Positions 8,709 through 15,180 of a stretch of DNA of 18,001 nt are shown one piece after another. The notes beneath the pieces are model-generated. The model was given only the letters and a program-made list of their open reading frames with translations, searched no databases and had not been told where the DNA came from. This stretch comes from Fidelibacterota bacterium. GTDB taxonomy: Bacteria; Fidelibacterota; Marinisomatia; Marinisomatales; JABMOV01. The stretch covers positions 1-18,001 of the forward strand of contig JBHHUC010000041.1 of NCBI GenBank assembly GCA_046861395.1, given 5' to 3'. The first letter of the stretch is position 1. Each line of letters starts with the position of its first letter. Both the position numbers and the translations under genes were made by a program.

Positions 8709-10562
8709 ATGAGAAATTTAACCATACTGCTCCTGAGTTGGATGACCTTTATTACAGCAGCGGATTATGTTCCGCGCACCATTCTGGTACAGAGGGAAAA
8801 GGATATATCCAATCATCAGTTTTCGCAGATTATTCAATCCAAAGATTACCGCATCGAAAAACTTCTGGTCCCTCGTCTGGGCATCTATAAGATATATATT
8901 GTAAGTGACAATATTTCGGAAGAAGTGGCTTTGGCGCATTTTCGCCAGAATCCTTTTGTCAGGAGTGCTCAACTGGACCATTACGTCTCCCGGCGGCAGT
9001 CTTTTCCCGATGATACACAATTCAGCCAGCAATGGGATATGCATAATACGGGGGTCAACGGTGCCGTGGAAGATGCCGATATTGATGCTCCCGAAGCCTG
9101 GGACATTACCACAGGCGGTCTCACTGTGCTCGGCGATACCATTGTCGTGGCGGTCGTTGATGGCGGCTGCGATTTGAACCACAATGATCTGGTGTCCAAT
9201 ATCTGGACCAATTACCACGAAATTCCCGGAAATAACATCGATGATGATAACAATGGCTATATCGATGATATCCATGGCTGGGATGCCTACGATTCCGACG
9301 GGTCACCGCCCAGCAATAACCACGGCACTCATGTCACCGGGACCGTCGGTGCAGTCGGGAATAACGGAAACCAGGTCAGTGGAGTGAATTGGAATGTGAA
9401 AGTCATGATAGTTGCAGCCTCCAGCAGTGTAACATCGGTGGTTATGGAAGGATATGGCTATGCATTGGAAATGCGATCCCGTTACAACGAAACCAACGGT
9501 GACAGCGGCGCATTCGTTGTTTCTACCAATTCCAGCTTTGGCATCGATTTTGCCGATTGTACCAGTGGAAATTATCCCTTATGGAATGAAATGTTCAGTG
9601 CGATGGGCGAGCAGGGCATTCTCAGCGCAGCCGCCACCATGAATAACAGTTCCAATGTGGATCAAACCGGTGATGTCCCGACGGGCTGCAGCAGTGATTG
9701 GCTGATTACCGTCACCAATACTACCAGTAGTGATACCCGCAACAGTGGAGCAGCGTATGGTCAGAATTCCATCGATCTGGGCGCTCCGGGGACGGCCATA
9801 TTGAGTACCTTGCCCAATAATGCCACCGGCGTTTTAACCGGGACATCCATGGCAACGCCTCACGTCGCCGGTGCAGTGGCCTTAATGCACGCTGCCATGA
9901 ATTACGGTTTTGCTCAGTTCTATCGTGCCAATCCGGGGGAAGGAGCGCTGGCACTGAAACAAATCATCCTGGATGGCACTGATCTTTTGGCTTCGCTGGA
10001 AAATGTCACTGTCAGCGGGGGTCGCCTCAATATTTACAACAGCGCTGTAATGGCCCAGACCTTTATGGCTGCCGATTCTCTGGACCCCAATCCTGTGACG
10101 GATGTGATGGTTGATACATCGCAGATATTTTACATTCATTTTTCCTGGACTGATCCTACAACGCTGTTCGGCGGTGATTCTATTCCAGACTTTGTCATTG
10201 ATATTATTCGTGACGGAATATTACAGGGGACGGTTAATGGCGGTGTGGAACAATTCAGTGACGGTCCTTTGGCAGGTGGAACACTGTATCAATATAATTT
10301 TATCACACGCCTCGTGGCCTCCGACAGGGTATCGACACCGTATATCCTGAATGTCATGGCACCGGGGGGGACACTCATCCCCGGAGATGCCACTCACGAC
10401 GGACAAGTGGATGTAACGGATATAATTCGTGTCCTGCGGTTCATATTACAATACGATACTCCGGACGAATATGATATGGCCACCGCCGATATTGATTATG
10501 ACGGTGTATTAACGGTATATGATATTTTGGGCATCAGCGATATTATTCTTCACGGACGGTAG
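8709..10562 (+). CDS. Secreted S8 subtilisin-family serine protease with FN3-like domain and C-terminal dockerin type I
   Basis: Signal peptide MRNLTILLLSWMTFITA (ATG 8709; alternative ATG 8685), followed by a propeptide. Catalytic triad motifs VVAVVDGG, HGTHVTG and GTSMATPHVAG; acidic loop NNIDDDNNGYIDDIHGWD. FN3-like SWTDP...IIRDG...FSD...YQY. Duplicated F-hand GDATHDGQVDVTD / ADIDYDGVLTVYD at 10383-10559. Confidence 0.92.
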   Translation: MRNLTILLLSWMTFITAADYVPRTILVQREKDISNHQFSQIIQSKDYRIEKLLVPRLGIYKIYIVSDNISEEVALAHFRQNPFVRSAQLDHYVSRRQSFPDDTQFSQQWDMHNTGVNGAVEDADIDAPEAWDITTGGLTVLGDTIVVAVVDGGCDLNHNDLVSNIWTNYHEIPGNNIDDDNNGYIDDIHGWDAYDSDGSPPSNNHGTHVTGTVGAVGNNGNQVSGVNWNVKVMIVAASSSVTSVVMEGYGYALEMRSRYNETNGDSGAFVVSTNSSFGIDFADCTSGNYPLWNEMFSAMGEQGILSAAATMNNSSNVDQTGDVPTGCSSDWLITVTNTTSSDTRNSGAAYGQNSIDLGAPGTAILSTLPNNATGVLTGTSMATPHVAGAVALMHAAMNYGFAQFYRANPGEGALALKQIILDGTDLLASLENVTVSGGRLNIYNSAVMAQTFMAADSLDPNPVTDVMVDTSQIFYIHFSWTDPTTLFGGDSIPDFVIDIIRDGILQGTVNGGVEQFSDGPLAGGTLYQYNFITRLVASDRVSTPYILNVMAPGGTLIPGDATHDGQVDVTDIIRVLRFILQYDTPDEYDMATADIDYDGVLTVYDILGISDIILHGR

Positions 10563-11070
10563 GCAGCAGATCATCAATGGCCTGTTTCAGGGACGAAAAT
10601 TCCTCCGGGTCATACAGACGTGTTAAAAAGGCAATATTTCCTGCTGCGTCGATGAGAACATTGCGTGTCACTCCTGCATCCCGCCTGGCAAAGCGGGCAA
10701 AAATATCGGCGCCCGGATCAAGAGCCAGAGGATAGGTAATATTCATCTCCCGGACGAATTGGATCACCCTTTCTCGTGGTTCATCCCGATCAATTCCAAT
10801 GACGATCAATCCCTGATCCCGGTATGCTTGCCATATTTCTTTTTCGATATGAGGCATTTCCTGGCGGCAGACGGAACACCAGCTAGCGGTAAATTGCAGC
10901 ATGATGACCTTTCCGCGCAGGGCGGAAAGAGTGACGGTGGAATCGTTTGTGAAGGTTAATGAGACATCCGGGCAAGGATCTCCGACTGTTACGATATAAC
11001 CGCGGCTGTCGGCCGTCTGAGCCAATAGGAGTGTTCCTGTAATGACAAGGAATAGGATTTTACGGATCAT
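10543..11070 (-). CDS. Exported TlpA/ResA-like thioredoxin-fold thiol-disulfide oxidoreductase
   Basis: Likely start ATG 11070 gives signal peptide [17 protein letters not shown]. Motifs [30 protein letters not shown] (CxxC) and ITYPLALDP. Confidence 0.85.
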   Translation of the reverse strand: MIRKILFLVITGTLLLAQTADSRGYIVTVGDPCPDVSLTFTNDSTVTLSALRGKVIMLQFTASWCSVCRQEMPHIEKEIWQAYRDQGLIVIGIDRDEPRERVIQFVREMNITYPLALDPGADIFARFARRDAGVTRNVLIDAAGNIAFLTRLYDPEEFSSLKQAIDDLLPTVREE

Positions 11071-12028
11071 CACGGGTAAATCCGTTATCCCGCATCCAGT
11101 CATCATCCACGAATTTGGATAAATAATTCCGCACCCCGTCGGGGAGTAGGATCAGGCAATTATCCTCATGGGAAAGCTCCGGCGCAGCCTGAAGTGCTGC
11201 CCAGGCGATGGAACCACTGGATCCGCCTACCAGCAACCCTTCCTCACGAATCAATCTTCGAGCCATGAGAAAGGAATCCTTATCGTTGACCTTGATATAG
11301 TGATCGACCTGAGAATTGTCCAGAACAGCTGGGAAGAAGTCATAGCCGATTCCTTCCACTAGATACGGATGTACTTCGGTTCCTCCCCCCAGGATCGACC
11401 CATAGGGATCAACCCCAATGATTTTGATGGAGGGAATGGCCTCTTTCAACCGTTTGGCCACACCGGTAATTGTTCCCCCGGTTCCGGCGGCAATAACCAC
11501 CATGGCCAGGTCGGTCCCGAAATCGTTCAGGATTTCCTCTGCTGTTCCGTAGTAATGGGCTTCGGGGTTGGCGGGATTGGCATACTGATCCAGGATATGT
11601 GCATTGGGAATTTCCTGCTCTAGCTTTCGGGCAACACCGATATGGCTTTCCGGGTCATCCCAGGCGGCTTCCGTCGGTGTCCGCACGATTTCAGCGCCCA
11701 AGGCTTTCAAGATCACCTCTTTTTCCCGGCTCATTTTTTCCGGCATTGTAATGATGATACGATACCCCTTGACAGCTGCTGCCAGTGCAATCCCAATGCC
11801 CGTATTACCGGAGGTCGGTTCAATCAAAGTATCACCGGGTTTAATACGGCCGGCTGCTTCCGCTTCATCGATCATCCGTACGGCAATTCGATCTTTCACC
11901 GATCCGCCGGGATTCATGAATTCACATTTGGCATAAAGTTTACAGGGCAGGTCTTTCCCAATTTTTACCAGGCGAACTATCGGTGTATTTCCTATGGTTG
12001 AAAGGATATTTTGGTCTGAAATTTTCAT
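11060..12028 (-). CDS. cbs: Cystathionine beta-synthase (PLP-dependent, catalytic core only; CBS/CysK family)
   Basis: [19 protein letters not shown] (PLP Lys), [28 protein letters not shown] and GIGYDFFP. The C-terminal [17 protein letters not shown] is CBS-like rather than CysK-like. Start ATG 12028 follows GAAGGAAG, giving 322 aa. Confidence 0.8.
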   Translation of the reverse strand: MKISDQNILSTIGNTPIVRLVKIGKDLPCKLYAKCEFMNPGGSVKDRIAVRMIDEAEAAGRIKPGDTLIEPTSGNTGIGIALAAAVKGYRIIITMPEKMSREKEVILKALGAEIVRTPTEAAWDDPESHIGVARKLEQEIPNAHILDQYANPANPEAHYYGTAEEILNDFGTDLAMVVIAAGTGGTITGVAKRLKEAIPSIKIIGVDPYGSILGGGTEVHPYLVEGIGYDFFPAVLDNSQVDHYIKVNDKDSFLMARRLIREEGLLVGGSSGSIAWAALQAAPELSHEDNCLILLPDGVRNYLSKFVDDDWMRDNGFTRDDP

Positions 12029-12092
12029 ATGTTCTTCCTTCGCGGTAAAATAAGTTACTGTAAATTCCGCTATAATTATCAGGAGATATTTC

Positions 12093-12833
12093 ATGCAACG
12101 TTTAACGGGAAAAGTCGCGGTTATTACCGGCGGTGGCCGGGGAATAGGGAAGGCAACGGCGGAAAAATTCCTATGTGAGGGAGCCCGGGTTATTATTGCT
12201 GATTATGACGAGGATTCGGGCACTTCTGCGAAGGAGGACTTGCAATCCCTGGGAGATATCACCTTTTTCCCGGTGGATATTAGCAAGGAAGATCAGGTTT
12301 GCAGGTTGGTTGAATATGCCAGGACCGAACGGGACCGAATCGATATTTTAGTCAATAATGCGGGGATATTACGAGATCAGACCCTGGCCAAACTGGATCC
12401 TGGCCAGTTTGATGCTGTTATCCAGGTTAACCTGCGGGGAGTCTATTTGGTTACAAAGTATGTGGCCAAAATCATGCGCGAACAGGAATCGGGTGTCATC
12501 CTGAATGCATCATCGGTCGTGGCGCATTATGGTAACTTCGGACAAACGAACTATGTGGCTGCCAAGGCCGGTGTCATCGGTATGACAAAGGTCTGGGCCC
12601 GAGAATTGGGGAAATACGGCATCCGCGTCAATGCGGTTGCTCCTGGATTTATCCGGACCGATATGACAGCCAGCATTCCGGAAAAAATTGTCAATATGAT
12701 GAGTGGAAAAGTTCCCCTACAACGCTGGGGTCAGCCGGAAGAGATAGCCAATGTCTATTGTTTCCTGGCCAGTGACGAAGCATCTTACATCAACGGGGCA
12801 GTCATCAATGTGGACGGGGGCGTTGTGGTATAA
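12093..12833 (+). CDS. fabG: 3-oxoacyl-ACP reductase / acetoacetyl-CoA reductase-like classical SDR
   Basis: [30 protein letters not shown] (YxxxK), VNAVAPGFI and VDGG. RBS AGGAG at 12081-12085. Confidence 0.85.
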   Translation: MQRLTGKVAVITGGGRGIGKATAEKFLCEGARVIIADYDEDSGTSAKEDLQSLGDITFFPVDISKEDQVCRLVEYARTERDRIDILVNNAGILRDQTLAKLDPGQFDAVIQVNLRGVYLVTKYVAKIMREQESGVILNASSVVAHYGNFGQTNYVAAKAGVIGMTKVWARELGKYGIRVNAVAPGFIRTDMTASIPEKIVNMMSGKVPLQRWGQPEEIANVYCFLASDEASYINGAVINVDGGVVV

Positions 12834-12859
12834 AAAAAAGGAGGTCCGAAGACCTCCTT
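12832..12859 (-). terminator. Rho-independent terminator for hsp20 (possibly bidirectional with fabG)
   Basis: Perfect 9-bp stem AAGGAGGTC (12838-12846) / GACCTCCTT (12851-12859). On the minus strand the loop is the extra-stable cUUCGg tetraloop, followed by a U-tract (A8 on the + strand). It lies between the convergent fabG and hsp20 stops. Confidence 0.9.
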
Positions 12860-12877
12860 CTGTACCTTTGTCCAGTA

Positions 12878-13315
12878 TTACTGAACTTTGATTTCGATCT
12901 GTTTTGGTTTCACTTCTTCCGCCTTTGGGATATGAACGGTCAGCACTCCATCTTTGAACTTGGCGGAAATTTTATCCGGCTTTACCGCATCAGGTAAACG
13001 GAAGGAACGATTGAACATCCCATAATTGCGTTCCATACGGAAGTAACTATCGTCTTCATCTTTCCGTTCGAATTTCCGTTCTCCGCTGATGGTGAGAACG
13101 TCTTCCTTGAGACTGATATTGATGTCTTTCTTCGTCAATCCGGGTAAATCGGCGGTTACGATATAATCATCTTTCGTCTCGCGAATATCCGTTTCCGGAA
13201 CCCAGGTACCGGATGTCGGAACCATGTTATCCCAGCCATCGGCGAAAAAATCATTTAAAAAGCGATCCCACTCGGAAAGCAGATTACGTCTTGGATTCCA
13301 TTTTACTAAAGTCAT
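12878..13315 (-). CDS. Small heat shock protein Hsp20/alpha-crystallin family
   Basis: WVPETDIRE, ADLPG, LTISGER, ERNYGMFNRSFRLP, A.FKDGVLTVHIPK and C-terminal IEI motif. GGAGGT RBS (13320-13325) before ATG 13315, giving 145 aa. Confidence 0.93.
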   Translation of the reverse strand: MTLVKWNPRRNLLSEWDRFLNDFFADGWDNMVPTSGTWVPETDIRETKDDYIVTADLPGLTKKDINISLKEDVLTISGERKFERKDEDDSYFRMERNYGMFNRSFRLPDAVKPDKISAKFKDGVLTVHIPKAEEVKPKQIEIKVQ

Positions 13316-13363
13316 TGTTACCTCCTTTTGTTTGAGTTCTTGTTTCAATTCTGCCCCGGAAAA

Positions 13364-13379
13364 AACAAAGGGCGTACCA
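13364..13379 (-). promoter_or_regulatory. Putative sigma54 (-24/-12) promoter of hsp20
   Basis: Minus strand TGGTACGCCCTTTGTT matches TGGYACG-N4-TTGC with correct GG-N10 spacing, but has GT instead of GC at -12. It lies ~50 nt upstream of the start codon. Confidence 0.45.
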
Positions 13380-13534
13380 AACCATGAGTTTTGTCTCATT
13401 TTCAGACCGGTTTGACAGAAATGACATTGATTTGCCAGATGGACACAAGGGACTGAAAAATAGACAGAACTAATAAATGAATATCAAGTCACTGGACACA
13501 TTCCCTAATTTTATACTTCAATAAAGGATGTAAA

Positions 13535-14776
13535 ATGAAAGAATTAGCATTGTTTGGGGGACAACCCGTACGCACCACGCCTTTCCCGGCCTGGCCACCG
13601 GCCCAAGATCATTCCAATCAACGTATTGAAGACGTTATCCGTTCCGGCCAATGGGGAGTGGGGAGCACCTTCATCGCAGAATTTAACGAACGCTTCGCAG
13701 CCTGGCAGGATGCCAAATACTGTATCGCAACCAATTCCGGCACCACCGCCTTATGGGTGGCGCTGAAAGCTGCCGGAATTGCTGCCGGCGATGAAGTCAT
13801 CTTGCCGGCCTATACCTTTATTGCCACGGCCTCCGCCGTGATGATGGCCAATGCCGTTCCTGTCTTTGTAGATATCGATCCCGTCACCCTTAATATCGAT
13901 ACCCGGCAGATTGAAGCGGCGATTACGGCACAGACAAAAGCCATTATTCCGGTTCATATCGGAGGAAATCCCGCTGATCTTGACGGGGTGGAAGCCATTG
14001 CCCGGAAACATAACCTGGTCGTCATCGAGGATGCTGCTCAGGCTCATGGTGCGGAATGGAAAGGCCGGAAAGTAGGAGCTATTGGGTTGGGTGGTATTTT
14101 CAGCTTTCAGACTTCGAAAAATCTTTCGGCAGGTGAGGGAGGGGCCATTGTCACCAATGATGAATCCTTTACGGAAGCATGCTTTTCGTATCATAACTGT
14201 GGACGAGTAAGGGGCGGCAAATGGTATGAACACAGCCATTTGGGTGGGAATTTCCGTTTCAATGCCTTTGGCGCAGCCCTGTTACTGGAACAGTTGGAGC
14301 ATCTCGCGCAAATGATGGATTGCCGCGATGCAGCCCGGTCCCGGCTGGACGAAACCCTGGGGCAAATCGATGGTATTACTACCATCAAACGGTATCCGGG
14401 AACGACCCGGGAAGCAAACCACATTTATCTATTGAAATATGACGCCCAGGCTTTCCACGGTATTCATCGGAATATTTTCTTTAAAGCCATGCAAGCCGAA
14501 GGTGTCTATACATACGGCGGGTACACACCCCTGTATCGTGAACGTCTGTTTATTACCAATGATGCCGAATATCCCTGGCTGAAAGGGCGGGATTACCAGA
14601 ACCTGAAATTGCCGGTAACGGAACGGATTGCCGATGAGGAAGTCGTATGGTTGAAGCAGAATCATTTGCTGGGGACGGAAGATGACATCAAGGATATTAT
14701 TACAGCCTTTGATAAAGTAACGACGGCACTGAAACAGCATCCCGAAGAATTTCGTGGTCTGGAAAAAACATTGTAG
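13535..14776 (+). CDS. DegT/DnrJ/EryC1/StrS PLP aminotransferase, RifK/AHBA-synthase- or scyllo-inosose aminotransferase-like
   Basis: LALFGGQPVR..FPAWP N-terminus, NSGTTAL, GDEVILPAYTFIATA, PVHIGG, EDAAQAHGAEW, FSFQTSKNLSAGEGG (PLP Lys) and GGNFR. RBS AAGGA upstream. Confidence 0.88.
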   Translation: MKELALFGGQPVRTTPFPAWPPAQDHSNQRIEDVIRSGQWGVGSTFIAEFNERFAAWQDAKYCIATNSGTTALWVALKAAGIAAGDEVILPAYTFIATASAVMMANAVPVFVDIDPVTLNIDTRQIEAAITAQTKAIIPVHIGGNPADLDGVEAIARKHNLVVIEDAAQAHGAEWKGRKVGAIGLGGIFSFQTSKNLSAGEGGAIVTNDESFTEACFSYHNCGRVRGGKWYEHSHLGGNFRFNAFGAALLLEQLEHLAQMMDCRDAARSRLDETLGQIDGITTIKRYPGTTREANHIYLLKYDAQAFHGIHRNIFFKAMQAEGVYTYGGYTPLYRERLFITNDAEYPWLKGRDYQNLKLPVTERIADEEVVWLKQNHLLGTEDDIKDIITAFDKVTTALKQHPEEFRGLEKTL

Positions 14777-15180
14777 AAACTATCTTATCCCAGCCAGTAG
14801 CCAACTCACTTGACTCAAAACATGATTTATTGGTATCCCTGCAATCTTTGACAAGTGACAGACAGACGCTACTGTGATTCCTTCTGAGGACATTAGCCGA
14901 ATGTTTCCACCCTTGAAATTCCTGCCACCGAACAATTCGACCTAGCAGGAGGGTTGAAATATTCTTATGCACGGTTTACCTGAATTAATTAATAGCATTT
15001 AGAAAGAATTTGGAATGGGAATCAGGGAAAGCCGATGAAACGAAGGCGCCCATAATTTTCATCCAATTTATATCACATTTTGCAACTTTATCTTCTGTGA
15101 AAAAAATCTGGCATTATTGCGTAAAATCAATGAAAATTGTCACGTTCGTATGAACCGATAATCCAAGGTAAAAGACGTTA

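Noticed and set aside
11071..13399. Longer N-termini given by the track for TlpA (11106), CBS (12094) and Hsp20 (13399)
   Set aside because: Internal ATGs at 11070, 12028 and 13315 have a better RBS or signal peptide and family-typical lengths. The extensions overlap neighbouring genes or promoter regions.
13331..13400. CIRCE (HrcA) or HAIR (HspR) operator upstream of hsp20
   Set aside because: There is no TTAGCACTC-N9-GAGTGCTAA, and TTGAGT...TCAA has the wrong spacing and sequence for HAIR.
15020..15055. c-di-GMP-I riboswitch-like GGGAAA-GCCGAT-GAAA-CGAAGGC
   Set aside because: The stem around GAAA pairs poorly, and the conserved GACGCAAAGC and P3 elements are absent.
15108..15120. sigma54-like TGGCA...TTGC upstream of the lipoprotein
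   Set aside because: GG-to-GC spacing is 7 nt instead of the strict 10 nt.
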